NCBI GenBank assembly: GCA_963823665.1
Contig: CAWGMQ010000002.1
Location: forward strand, 32,001-96,000
Length of the DNA stretch: 64,000 bases
Direction: 5' to 3'
DNA from: an uncultured Planctomycetota bacterium
GTDB lineage: Bacteria; Planctomycetota; Planctomycetia; Isosphaerales; Isosphaeraceae
Both the position numbers and the translations under genes were made by a program. Each line of letters opens with the position of its first letter. The first letter of the stretch is position 1. Positions 46,423-56,294 of this stretch are shown piece by piece. Under the pieces are notes generated by a model. The model was given only the letters and a program-made list of their open reading frames with translations. It did no database searches and had not been told where the DNA came from.

Positions 46423-47268
46423 GGCCCTGGCTCGCTCGGGTTATCGTCCGAGAGCATTCCCTCCGAAACACACCAGCCGCCGTCGACGACCAGCTCGGCA
46501 CCAGTGATGAATCGCGAGGCCCCTTCACACAGGTAGAGAGCCGCTTCGGCCACGTCCATCGCACTTCCGGGACCGCCCGCGATGGGCTGCTTCGCCGTCA
46601 GGTAGGCGCGAACACGGGCATCGCTCATCGCTCGCGCAGCCATCGGCGTATCGATCAAGCCCGGCACAATCAAATTGAACCGGATGCGGTCCGGCGCAGT
46701 ACTGCGCAGCCGCCGCCAGCGTCAGGGCCCGGACAGCTCCCTTGCTCGCGGCATACGCGAGCGTTCCGAAGTGCTTCGGTGAAGGTGAACGGTCGAGGAC
46801 TGACCCGACGTTGATCACGGTTCCCCGCAAACCGCGAGAATCGAGCGCCTGCTGGAGCATGCACTGCACCGCACTGCGGTTCGTCAGAAAGGCACCGAAA
46901 GCGTTTACCCGCATCACGCTGTCCCACGCCTCGGCCGAACATTCGTGCAGGGCGGCGTCACCGAACCTTCGACCGCTGATCCCGGCCACATGCAAGAGCA
47001 CGTCGAGCCGTCCACCCAGAACGTCGACGGCAAACTCAAATAGCCGAGCCGTCTCGCTTTCACCGGCTAAGAGATCAAGCGTGAACTCCCACGCCGAGCC
47101 AGTCGCGACAAGCTCCGCCACGGCCGCTCGACCACGCTCCTCCGATCGGCCGGCCACAACAACGCGGGCACCCTCTTCGACGAATCGCGCCGCTGAAGCC
47201 AGCCCGATCCCGCCGGTTCCACCCACGATGAGACAGGTTCGGCCGTCGAGCCGGCCGGGCCTTGACAA
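46419..47268 (-). CDS. SDR family oxidoreductase; frameshift near 46695
   Basis: GGTGGIG and YAASK motifs, then PGLIDTPM...VDGG in the next frame. Confidence 0.88.
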
Positions 47269-47333
47269 GGTACAAGCTCCCTCGTGCCACCGAAGCGTTC
47301 CGATCCGGTCGCACCAATTGATTCGCGTTCGTC

Positions 47334-47798
47334 TTACGCCCGCTTGACCTGAAAAACGGCCTCGATCTCCACGGCGATTCCAGCAGGCAGCGCCACCATG
47401 CCGACCGCGCTGCGCGTTCCGACGCCGGCGTCGCCGAATACGTCTTTCATCAGATCCGAATAGCCGTTGATCACCTTCGGCTGCTCAGCGAATTCCGGGG
47501 TCGAATTGACCATGCCCAGGCTCTTGATCAGCCGTTCGACCTTGTCAAGTGTGCCGAGCTTGGCTCGAAGTGTCGACAGGATCGCCAACCCTGTCTGTCG
47601 GGCCGCCGCTTGACCACCCGCCACGTCCATGTCAGCCCCCAGTTTGCCGGTGATCAGTGTGCCGTCGGATTTGAGCGGACCGTGCCCGGAAACATAAATC
47701 AAATCATCGTGTTGTATGGCCGTCACGTACGTGGCCACCGGCTTGGGTGCCGGCGGCAGCTCCAACTTCAATTCGGCCAGGCGGGCTTCGGCTCCCAT
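47334..47798 (-). CDS. Rid (YjgF/UK114-like) family protein
   Basis: LPPAPKPVATY, YVSGHGP and GTRSAVG...VEIEA motifs. Confidence 0.9.
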   Translation of the reverse strand: MGAEARLAELKLELPPAPKPVATYVTAIQHDDLIYVSGHGPLKSDGTLITGKLGADMDVAGGQAAARQTGLAILSTLRAKLGTLDKVERLIKSLGMVNSTPEFAEQPKVINGYSDLMKDVFGDAGVGTRSAVGMVALPAGIAVEIEAVFQVKRA

Positions 47799-48046
47799 GA
47801 CGATCTTCCTTCCCTTCACGTGCAGCACTAGAGGACCGATCTCTCGACTCAACATCGACCAACACTACCGGTTGCTCGCCCTCAATTCAACTATTCGGGG
47901 TTTCTCGCGATCGCCGTCATCCCGCGCCGGCGAGTGGCCGATGCAAAGGGCGTTCGGCCCGCAGGCAACTCGTCCAAGCTTGACTGCATCGTTACGATGT
48001 TCCAAGCTTCGTTAACTTGCCCGTTCGTCCCGATCGTGAACCCGCC

Positions 48047-48934
48047 ATGAGCCATCACCAGGATTTATTCACCGTCGGTCTGATCCAGATGCGATGTTCG
48101 ACTGACCCGGACGACAACCTCGCGCGAGCGGCCGGCCTCTTGCGCCAGGCCGCAGCTCGCGGCGCCCAGATCGCATGCCTGCCCGAGCTTTTTCGCACCC
48201 AGTACTTCTGTCAGGTGGAGGAGGCCGCGCGTTTCGATCTCGCCGAGCCCATTCCCGGTCCAACCACATCCGCTCTGTGCAACCTCGCCAACGAAACCCG
48301 CATGGCGATCGTCGGCTCGATATTCGAACGCCGCACCGCCGGGCTTTACCACAACACGGCCGTCGTGATCGACTCGGATGGAACGCTCCGCGGCCGCTAT
48401 CGCAAGATGCATATTCCCGACGACCCGCTCTACTTCGAGAAGTACTATTTCACCCCCGGCGACCTCGGGTTTCAGGCGTTCGACACCACGTATGCCCGGG
48501 TCGGTACGCTCATTTGCTGGGATCAGTGGTATCCTGAAGCCGCGCGGCTCACCGCCCTGAATGGCGCCAGCATTCTCTTCTATCCCACCGCGATCGGCTG
48601 GCATCAGCACGAAAAAGCGGAGTTCGGCGCCGCTCAGGCAAGCGCCTGGGAAACCATGCAGCGGGCCCACGCCATCGCGAACGGAGTCTACGTCGCAGCC
48701 GTCAACCGGATCGGTCACGAGGGGCCCTTAACCGGAGGCCTGGAATTCTGGGGCCGCTCATTCGTGGCCGACCCCTTCGGTCGCATCCTCGCCCAGGCAG
48801 GCGAAGAATCGGAGGAGATCGTGATTGTCACGTGTAACCCGCGGCTCCAGGAAGAAACGCGTCGAAACTGGCCGTTCCTGCGCGACCGCCGCATCGACGC
48901 CTACGGACCAATCACAGAGCGATTTCACGACTGA
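48047..48934 (+). CDS. aguB: Carbon-nitrogen hydrolase, probable N-carbamoylputrescine amidase
   Basis: LPELF, RKMHIPDDP and ICWDQWYPE (Glu-Lys-Cys triad); adjacent to agmatine deiminase. Confidence 0.88.
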   Translation: MSHHQDLFTVGLIQMRCSTDPDDNLARAAGLLRQAAARGAQIACLPELFRTQYFCQVEEAARFDLAEPIPGPTTSALCNLANETRMAIVGSIFERRTAGLYHNTAVVIDSDGTLRGRYRKMHIPDDPLYFEKYYFTPGDLGFQAFDTTYARVGTLICWDQWYPEAARLTALNGASILFYPTAIGWHQHEKAEFGAAQASAWETMQRAHAIANGVYVAAVNRIGHEGPLTGGLEFWGRSFVADPFGRILAQAGEESEEIVIVTCNPRLQEETRRNWPFLRDRRIDAYGPITERFHD

Positions 48935-48976
48935 ATCGGAAACCCTCAATTCGCGAACCGTTGTTTTCCGGTTCCG

Positions 48977-50086
48977 GTGACCTTACCCATGCTAGAGACG
49001 CCTGCCGCACTCGGTTACCGCATGCCGGCCGAATGGGAGCCTCACGAGGCAACCTGGCTCGCCTGGCCGCATAATCGCGAAGACTGGCCGCGTAAATTCT
49101 CGCCCATCCGCTGGGTCTACACCGAGATCGTCCGTCATCTGAGCCGTGTCGAGCAAGTGCGAATTGTGGTACGCAACGACACGGCAAGGCAGCGCGTGGC
49201 CGACCACCTCGATGCGGTAGGCGTGAGCCTCGACCCGATCTTGTTCTTCACGGCGCCGACCAATCGGAGCTGGCTGCGCGACACCGGCCCGACCTTTGTC
49301 GTGAAGGATGTGCCCGCCTCCGCATCGGACGCCACCGTCGCCTTGGTGGACTGGAAGTTCAACGGCTGGGCCAAATACGCCAACCACGTCCTTGACAACC
49401 GCCTCCCGCGCAAGATCGCTAGTAGCCTTGGAATGCCCCGATTTATACCACGGGTCCGTGACCCGAAATCGGGCATGCGAAGGATTGTTATGGAAGGAGG
49501 CGCGATCGACGTCAACGGGCGCGGAACACTGCTTGCGACCGAGGAATGCCTCTTGAGCGAGGTCCAGGCCCGCAATCCCGGGCTCGATCGATCCGGGCTC
49601 GAGCAAGTCTTCGCTGACTATCTTGCGATCAGTCATGTCATCTGGCTCGATAGGGGAATTGCAGGTGATGACACGCACGGCCATGTCGACGATCTCGCAC
49701 GGTTCGTCGCGCCCCACATCGTCGCGACCGTTGTCGAGCCACGACGCAGTGACCCAAACCATGAAGCGCTCGAAGACAATGTGCGCCGCCTGCAGGATGC
49801 CCGTGACCAGGCTGGGCAGCACCTGAGCATGGTCACGCTGCCGATGCCCAGCGCGGTTGTTTTCGACGGCCAGCACCTGCCTGCCAGTTACGCCAATTTC
49901 TACGTGGCCAACGGCATCGTCCTCGTTCCGACGTTCAACGATCGCGCCGACCGCATCGCGCTCAATATCCTGGCCGAGCTGTTCCCGGACCGCGAGGTGA
50001 TCGGCATTCACAGCGTTGACCTCGTCCTCGGGCTCGGCACCTTGCACTGTTTATCGCAGCAACAGCCGGCGGGCCCAACCGGTTGA
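48977..50086 (+). CDS. aguA: Agmatine deiminase family protein
   Basis: RMPAEWEPH, WLRD, EGG, DDTHGHVD, ASYANFY and GTLHC motifs. Confidence 0.92.
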   Translation: MTLPMLETPAALGYRMPAEWEPHEATWLAWPHNREDWPRKFSPIRWVYTEIVRHLSRVEQVRIVVRNDTARQRVADHLDAVGVSLDPILFFTAPTNRSWLRDTGPTFVVKDVPASASDATVALVDWKFNGWAKYANHVLDNRLPRKIASSLGMPRFIPRVRDPKSGMRRIVMEGGAIDVNGRGTLLATEECLLSEVQARNPGLDRSGLEQVFADYLAISHVIWLDRGIAGDDTHGHVDDLARFVAPHIVATVVEPRRSDPNHEALEDNVRRLQDARDQAGQHLSMVTLPMPSAVVFDGQHLPASYANFYVANGIVLVPTFNDRADRIALNILAELFPDREVIGIHSVDLVLGLGTLHCLSQQQPAGPTG

Positions 50087-50118
50087 GTCGGTGGTCATTC
50101 TGCTGGGCCAGGGACTTG

Positions 50119-51531
50119 TCAGAAAACCCGCGAAGCATGGATCCGCGGCAGGCCAGCCTTGGCCACACTCCCTTCCGGCATCGCATCGCGAATGCCACCC
50201 CGAAGCGCATCAATCATGTCTTCCTCCGGATGTCCATCAGCCGGAAAGTCAATCCACTCCCCTCCTCGTCGCTCCCGGCAATAATTCGCAAACGCCTCCT
50301 TCAATCGAATGCACCGCGGATGGATCGTCAGGCAGCCGGCATCCAGAAGCAATTCCATCATGTCCAGCCCGTCCAGCACCGGATGCTGCGGCCATCGCGC
50401 AACGAAACGCGAGCCGAAGACCCGCTCATATTCGCCGTAGGCAACTGGGCCCAGAGACGTCCGGGCCGACGACGCAGGGTCGAGCCTCACCAGGTCGATC
50501 CGGCCCCGGCAAGGCAGCTCATCCGCCTTCGCCTTGATGTCGAGTGCATTCTTGAGGCTCATCACGTCGACGGCGAGGTATTCGCCAAAGACAGTGACCC
50601 GCATCCGCTCGTTCGCCGAATCCCTGCGAACCTGGAAGAACACCGCCGCCGTGTGCCGCGATGTTCCCGCGTCGATCGCGCACCGTACGTGATACGCAGG
50701 GTGGTATTCAGCATCCACCGAAACGTGCCGCGCCGGGTCGAAGTTGGTGAACCACACACCGTCGGTCGTCTCCAGGAATTCCGCGTAGATCTCCTGCCTT
50801 CCCAGCCTCGTGTTCTCGTACAGCGTGACGATCTGAGTGACGAATTCCACCGGCAGATGGGCCTGGTTCGCGTAAGTGGTGTCGGTGGTCTGTACGGTCG
50901 TCGGCTCGGCCAGAATGCGTTTCAGCACGGCCAGCCGCCGCGGCGTGGTGGTGATGAGCGCCTGCGGATTGGCCCCGGCCCGCAGCGCCAGCATCACCAG
51001 CTCCCACATCGATTGAGCTCGCTGCCAGCACGCCAGCTCGTCGGCCCAGATGGTGTCGATGTTCAACCCGCGGGCGCGCTCGGGCTCCTCGCCGCTCAGG
51101 CAGATCGCGCGAGCCCCGTTGGGCCAGCTCACGCGTCGCTTTGAGGGCTCAAACTTGGGCCGCATCCACGGCGGCGCGACGTTGAGCAACCCCGAGGAAC
51201 CTTCGACCAGCACGTCGCGGATGTCGTTGGCGGTCGGGGCGATCAGGCAGCCGACCTTCATGGTGCCTTGTTCAACCCGCCGCTGAATCCACTCCGCTCC
51301 GGCCCGTGTCTTGCCCGCTCCGCGCCCGGCGACATAGCCCCACACCCGCCAGTTGCCCTCGGGCGGCCGCTGGGTTTGTCGCGCCCGCGGGTGCTTGCGG
51401 CACTCTCCCGCCCGCAGGTCGCACGGGCACGATTCTGCGTACCAGTCCCACGGGACGCGGTCGGTCACCTGTACCGGGTCCGGGCCCAAGCGGGCGTCAG
51501 CCCGCTTGACCCGCCATTCGATCTCGTTCAT
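50119..51531 (-). CDS. Phage terminase large subunit
   Basis: Walker A AGRGAGKT, PERARGL, Walker B IWADE, coupling motif ITTTP, RQEIYAEF, and C-terminal RNase H-like AIDAG...EDMIDALR. Confidence 0.88.
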   Translation of the reverse strand: MNEIEWRVKRADARLGPDPVQVTDRVPWDWYAESCPCDLRAGECRKHPRARQTQRPPEGNWRVWGYVAGRGAGKTRAGAEWIQRRVEQGTMKVGCLIAPTANDIRDVLVEGSSGLLNVAPPWMRPKFEPSKRRVSWPNGARAICLSGEEPERARGLNIDTIWADELACWQRAQSMWELVMLALRAGANPQALITTTPRRLAVLKRILAEPTTVQTTDTTYANQAHLPVEFVTQIVTLYENTRLGRQEIYAEFLETTDGVWFTNFDPARHVSVDAEYHPAYHVRCAIDAGTSRHTAAVFFQVRRDSANERMRVTVFGEYLAVDVMSLKNALDIKAKADELPCRGRIDLVRLDPASSARTSLGPVAYGEYERVFGSRFVARWPQHPVLDGLDMMELLLDAGCLTIHPRCIRLKEAFANYCRERRGGEWIDFPADGHPEEDMIDALRGGIRDAMPEGSVAKAGLPRIHASRVF

Positions 51532-51892
51532 CGAGCTTTTCCTCGATCTGTGTCATGCGCTCTTCCAGGCACGAAAACTTTGACACGGCCAACATGTCCC
51601 TGATGAGGGTCTTGATCGCCCCCAACCGAACTGACTCAGACTCGGCGTCCGCGGCCAGGACAACGAGCTTGGGTACTGCCCACGGCACGCGCTTGACCAT
51701 CATGCCGACTGCCCGATCGAGCATCCGGTGCCGGCACGCCTGCATCGCTTTGCGAACTTCCGGTTCCTTCGCCCACCGATAAACGGTTGGTCTGGGCACG
51801 TTGTTGTCTCGCGCCCATGCGGTGATCGAACGACCTTGCGCAAGTGCAACAGCGAGTTGCGCTTTCGTTCCTCTCTGCGTCTCGTCGCCCAT
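51497..51892 (-). CDS. HTH protein, putative terminase small subunit
   Basis: ALAQGRSITAWARDNNVPRPTVYRW HTH, helical body and coiled-coil end LEERMTQIEEKL; overlaps the terL start by 35 nt. Confidence 0.65.
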   Translation of the reverse strand: MGDETQRGTKAQLAVALAQGRSITAWARDNNVPRPTVYRWAKEPEVRKAMQACRHRMLDRAVGMMVKRVPWAVPKLVVLAADAESESVRLGAIKTLIRDMLAVSKFSCLEERMTQIEEKLDERDRMAGQAG

Positions 51893-52126
51893 GATAAAAA
51901 TGATAATCGGTGATGAATTTTTCACCGATTTTCCTCTTCGCCCGTCTCACGGTTCTCAGCCCCGGGCAGGCTGGCCGGCACACCCTCGTTCCGAGGGCCA
52001 GGTAAATGATTCTTCGAGATATTTGAGTCGCGCCTCGCTCGCGCCTGACGCTTGGACCATGGCCCGCGCGCCGATCCGCGACTGGAAACATCGCCCCTGG
52101 CCGGATAGGATGGGTGGTCGGACAAA

Positions 52127-53671
52127 ATGACCGATCGCCCCATCACGGGCGCTCACGTCTTGATGTTGACCGGTTTGGAGCAGCTCGCAACAATGTCTCG
52201 CCGCGATTCGAATCATCACAAACCGCCTCGATCGAATCGGCGGCCGAAAACGAATGCCAGGGCCGGCGGCTCGCGCTCTCGCCCGCCGGCACCAGCCGTT
52301 CCCGAGGCCCACTCGAAACAATCCCAAGAACACGACCGCGAGCGTCGCGGTCCCGGGCGTCGTCCCGATCGCGAATCCGGACCGGGAACGCTCGAGCGCG
52401 TTCAGAAAGTGCTGGCACATGCCGGCCTCGGCTCTCGTCGAAGTTGTGAAGAGCTGATCAGACAAGGGCGTGTTGCCATCGACGGGCAGGTCATTCGCGA
52501 GCTCGGCACTCGAGTTGACCCCGATAAAGCACGAATCACCGTTGATGGCGAAGCGATTCGCCGTGAGTCCATGGTGTATTACGCCGTCAACAAGCCCAAG
52601 GGATACGTTTCAACCAACGCCGATCCTGCTGGAAGACCCCGTGTCGTTGATCTCCTCCCGGAGATCCCCGAACGCGTCTACACGGTCGGTCGACTCGACG
52701 AGGAAAGCACCGGGTTGATGATCTTGACCAACGATGGCGAGTTGGCCAATCGGCTGGCTCATCCACGTTACGGTGTCGAGAAAGTGTACCGTGCGCTCAT
52801 CGCGGGTGCCCCTGATCAGGAGGTTCTTGCCAAGCTGACGGCCGGAGTTTGGCTCTCTGACGGCAAGATCCGCGCCAAGCGCGCCCGACTCGTCGGCCGC
52901 CAGGGCCAGGCCCATGTGCTCGAGCTCGTACTGGCCGAAGGAAAAAACCGCGAAATTCGTCGGATGTTGGCCAAGCTCGGGCACAAAGTGATGTCGCTGA
53001 GCCGCATTGCCGTAGGCCCCGTCAGCGGCAAGGGGCTCTCCAGTGGCGAACACCGTTCCCTCTCCCGGCACGAGGTCGATCTGCTTTGGAAGGTGGCTAA
53101 TGGTGCCGACGTATCGTTGCCACGGTTCCTCGATGGTGAATCCCAGCCCCGAGCTCGGGGTGATTCAAGGCGTCATCCCCAGCCCGGCGGCGGCCGTGGC
53201 CAGCGGAATAGACCCGGCTCACCGCAAGGACACCATGGCCAGTTCCGCCGCGAGACCGGCCCAACTCCTGGCTCAAAACAAAGCCGGCCGGCACTGTCAT
53301 CACACTCAACTCAATCTCCGCCTCCTCCGTCACACCGGCCGGATTCCGCGCCCCGAAACACGCGGCCGTCCCATGAACCAGCAGCCCGCAAGCCACCGAA
53401 CCGCGAGCGGTCCGGCGGTGCTCCGCGAACAGACAGGGCGAAGACGCTGAAGCACGCACCGGCAAGTTCCCGGCGCTCGGTAACCCCTGCGCCCATTCGC
53501 CGCATCATCGGCCTGGAGCCCCAGGCGCGACCGCAGCCGAACCCGCAATTCGAGCAAAAGCGCAGTCGCAAACGCCCCCCGCCCAGAACTTACCGCCGGT
53601 CCCCATCGCCGAAGGCGACGAAACAAACATTTCCATCCCCGCCGCCGCGCACTGTCGGTGAAGATGCATGA
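52127..53671 (+). CDS. rluB: RsuA/RluB family pseudouridine synthase with long low-complexity termini
   Basis: S4 domain (ERVQKVLAHAGLGSRR), NKPKGY, GRLD and EGKNREIRRM motifs. Confidence 0.88.
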   Translation: MTDRPITGAHVLMLTGLEQLATMSRRDSNHHKPPRSNRRPKTNARAGGSRSRPPAPAVPEAHSKQSQEHDRERRGPGRRPDRESGPGTLERVQKVLAHAGLGSRRSCEELIRQGRVAIDGQVIRELGTRVDPDKARITVDGEAIRRESMVYYAVNKPKGYVSTNADPAGRPRVVDLLPEIPERVYTVGRLDEESTGLMILTNDGELANRLAHPRYGVEKVYRALIAGAPDQEVLAKLTAGVWLSDGKIRAKRARLVGRQGQAHVLELVLAEGKNREIRRMLAKLGHKVMSLSRIAVGPVSGKGLSSGEHRSLSRHEVDLLWKVANGADVSLPRFLDGESQPRARGDSRRHPQPGGGRGQRNRPGSPQGHHGQFRRETGPTPGSKQSRPALSSHSTQSPPPPSHRPDSAPRNTRPSHEPAARKPPNRERSGGAPRTDRAKTLKHAPASSRRSVTPAPIRRIIGLEPQARPQPNPQFEQKRSRKRPPPRTYRRSPSPKATKQTFPSPPPRTVGEDA

Positions 53672-54528
53672 ATCCCCACTCATGCATATCGAGTCCCACC
53701 GCGACTGATCGCATGATTCGGATTTTGGAGAACGTCGCAATTGCTCGCGATACCTTTCGGCTGCGCCTGGATGACCCCGCGCTAGCCCAAGCGATCCGGC
53801 CCGGCCAGTTTGTCATGATCCGTCCGGGACTCGTGGATGCATCCGACCCGTTGCTGGGCAGGCCGCTCGCCCTCTACGACGTGGCTTGCTCCCGATCAGG
53901 CACGCCGGAATCGTTCGACGTCGTCTATCTGGTCGTAGGCCGTGGCACCGCCTCGCTTGCGCTCCGACGGCCCGGTGAGCAACTCGCCGTGTGGGGACCG
54001 CTGGGAAACGGGTTTGGCCCGCCGCCCGGCGGCCCTGTGTTATTCGTCGCCGGCGGTATCGGCCAGACGCCCTTTCTTGCCCTGGGCCGGTCCTGGCTGC
54101 GAGCGCGGGGCCCGGCGTCGTCGATCACTTTGCTTTACGGCGTGCGATCCGCGGCGTTCCTGGCGGGTGTCGAAGACTTCCGGCAAGCCGGTATCGAGGT
54201 CGAGCTCGCAACCGACGACGGGACGGCTGGCCATCACGGCTTCGTCACCGAGTTGCTGGCCCGTCGTCTTGCGGCTGGAGAGCGGCCGGCGAAGGTCGTC
54301 GGCTGCGGGCCGCCCGCGATGCTTGCTGCCCTGGCCAGGCTCGTTTCGAGTTATCGCATCCCCTGCGACGTCTCGCTCGAAAATCACATGGCCTGCGGCT
54401 TCGGCGCATGTTTCAGTTGCGTAGCCCCCATACGTAAAGATGATGGCGTACTCGACCTTCGACGCGTCTGCGTCGAGGGACCCGTTGTGCCGGCAGAACG
54501 CGTTGACTGGGCAGCCATGACCCACTGA
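53668..54528 (+). CDS. pyrK: Dihydroorotate dehydrogenase electron transfer subunit
   Basis: PGQFVM, GPLGNGF, AGGIG, CGP and MACGFGACFSC...VCVEGP motifs. Confidence 0.9.
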   Translation: MNPHSCISSPTATDRMIRILENVAIARDTFRLRLDDPALAQAIRPGQFVMIRPGLVDASDPLLGRPLALYDVACSRSGTPESFDVVYLVVGRGTASLALRRPGEQLAVWGPLGNGFGPPPGGPVLFVAGGIGQTPFLALGRSWLRARGPASSITLLYGVRSAAFLAGVEDFRQAGIEVELATDDGTAGHHGFVTELLARRLAAGERPAKVVGCGPPAMLAALARLVSSYRIPCDVSLENHMACGFGACFSCVAPIRKDDGVLDLRRVCVEGPVVPAERVDWAAMTH

Positions 54529-54586
54529 ATCGCCGCAGAGACGCCGACGTTGATCCGAAGCCGGGGAATAATACCCGCGCTCACAA

Positions 54587-55354
54587 TCAACCCTGCGACT
54601 CGGCCTTGATCAGATCGCGAAGCCTGGCTGCTAGCTCGTAATCTTCCCGCACCACCGCTTCCTCGAGTTGCTCACGCAGCGTTTTCCGTACGAGGAATCT
54701 CTCACGGACGTCCCGCTCGACCTTGCCGAGTCGCTCCACGAGCTTGGGCACGGGCGACTCGTCCGGGTCGTTCTCTTCCCACCAGACGCGTTGATGCGTG
54801 TTCAAACGATCGATACCCTCACGCAGCGCATCGACCGCCTCTTCCGGTCGTTTGCGTTCCAGCGCCATGGCAAAGCCGGCCTCCGCGCGGTGAAACAGAA
54901 CAATCGCCCGACACTGCTCGTGCGAGCCGATGTATTCTTCATCGATACCATGCCGCAATACGAAATCCATGAGCCCAAGGGTATGTTCGGCGTCCTGGAT
55001 CACCCGGTCATGCTTTCCGAGAAACCGCCAGGCAACCCGGCGATGATAGAACTGGATGAACTCTCGGTCCAGCTCGGCGCATTGTTCTGTCGACATCGAC
55101 CAGCGCACCACCTTGCTGCCGAGAGCATGCGCCCGACCGCTCGTGAGATGACGCAGATAGTCGAGATAGGTAACAAACCCATGCGGGCGCGCGCCGTCGG
55201 GTCTCCCGGTCACCTCGAGTTGAAGCACTCCAAGCTCGATGCGAACCTGCAAGACCTTCCGCCCGTCACCCGCCCGCCCCTCGCGAGCCACGTGTTCGCC
55301 CTTGGCTGGTTCATAAGGCCAGCTCCGGAGCAGCTCATCCAGGTCCGGTCGCAT
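54587..55354 (-). CDS. UvrB/UvrC (UVR) motif-containing protein
   Basis: C-terminal LEEAVVREDYELAARLRDLI; QVRIELGVLQLEVTGRPDG. Confidence 0.82.
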   Translation of the reverse strand: MRPDLDELLRSWPYEPAKGEHVAREGRAGDGRKVLQVRIELGVLQLEVTGRPDGARPHGFVTYLDYLRHLTSGRAHALGSKVVRWSMSTEQCAELDREFIQFYHRRVAWRFLGKHDRVIQDAEHTLGLMDFVLRHGIDEEYIGSHEQCRAIVLFHRAEAGFAMALERKRPEEAVDALREGIDRLNTHQRVWWEENDPDESPVPKLVERLGKVERDVRERFLVRKTLREQLEEAVVREDYELAARLRDLIKAESQG

Positions 55355-55448
55355 CAACTACTCCCTCGCGATCAAAGCGATTAAAGTCATTCTTGCAAAC
55401 CGACTGTACCTTCGTCATGATGGATTTCCCTATCGAGCGAGCGTTCCC

Positions 55449-55521
<73 letters not shown>

Positions 55522-56109
55522 TTTTCGACAAGAAGTGCAGGTGGTGCGTCCGAGCATCGAGGGTGATCCTTCGCCGATCGCACAGCTTCGTTGATCATTG
55601 CCGACTTCTGGAAATCCGAGATCGATCCACCCTTGGCCCATGATGCCACGACCGCGGATGGCCCACGCCCCTCCGCGGATTGATCAACAACGCGCAAAAG
55701 CAAAGGGGGCTCGGACTTCCGTCGCGTTTCAACGTTCTTCGACGATGGATCATTCTGATAGCAAAATGATAGCATATTATAAGCGATCTGCTCTTCCCGC
55801 TCGCGGTTCTCAGCTCGAGTCCCGAGTTCGCGTCTCAGGCTGTTTGGCCAGTCGCAAATTGACGCGATCCCAAGACCGAATTCCGAGCACCACCACGAAC
55901 AGTCGCTCAATCTTTTGAGAAAGCCGTGCGCAAGCGTGGCCCCAAGCGCCGCGGTGAGCCGCGCTTGGAGGGCACAGAACCGACCGGCGGTGCGGACAGA
56001 GCGTGATCTTGCGTTCATGATCGCCCCGGAGGGCTATTCGAGAGTTGCTGTCAACAACCGGATCGCCGATCCGTCAATCGACCGGACCGGCGAAGTCGGT
56101 GTTGCGCAA

Positions 56110-56283
56110 TCACTTGAGAGCATCAAGCTTCGAATGAGCCGACGCCGCGACCTGATTGACGCCAAACGCGGCAAGGAATGCCGTGAGCGCAGGTGTGACC
56201 TGGTCTGTCTTGCCCGCAGCAACGACATACAGCAGGTAGAGCCCCGCGACGACCGCGGGCCAGTAGCGCACCAGAGTTGACAT
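56110..56283 (-). CDS. 57-aa small membrane protein (holin-like), absent from the ORF track
   Basis: Manual translation MSTLVRYWPAVVAGLYLLYVVAAGKTDQVTPALTAFLAAFGVNQVAASAHSKLDALK*; AGGAG RBS 8 nt upstream; starts 11 nt after the protease stop. Confidence 0.65.
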   Translation of the reverse strand: MSTLVRYWPAVVAGLYLLYVVAAGKTDQVTPALTAFLAAFGVNQVAASAHSKLDALK

Positions 56284-56294
56284 TCAGGTGTCTC

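Noticed and set aside
51888..51915. Fur box upstream of terS
   Set aside because: Only about 12 of 19 positions match the consensus and there is no palindromic half-site.
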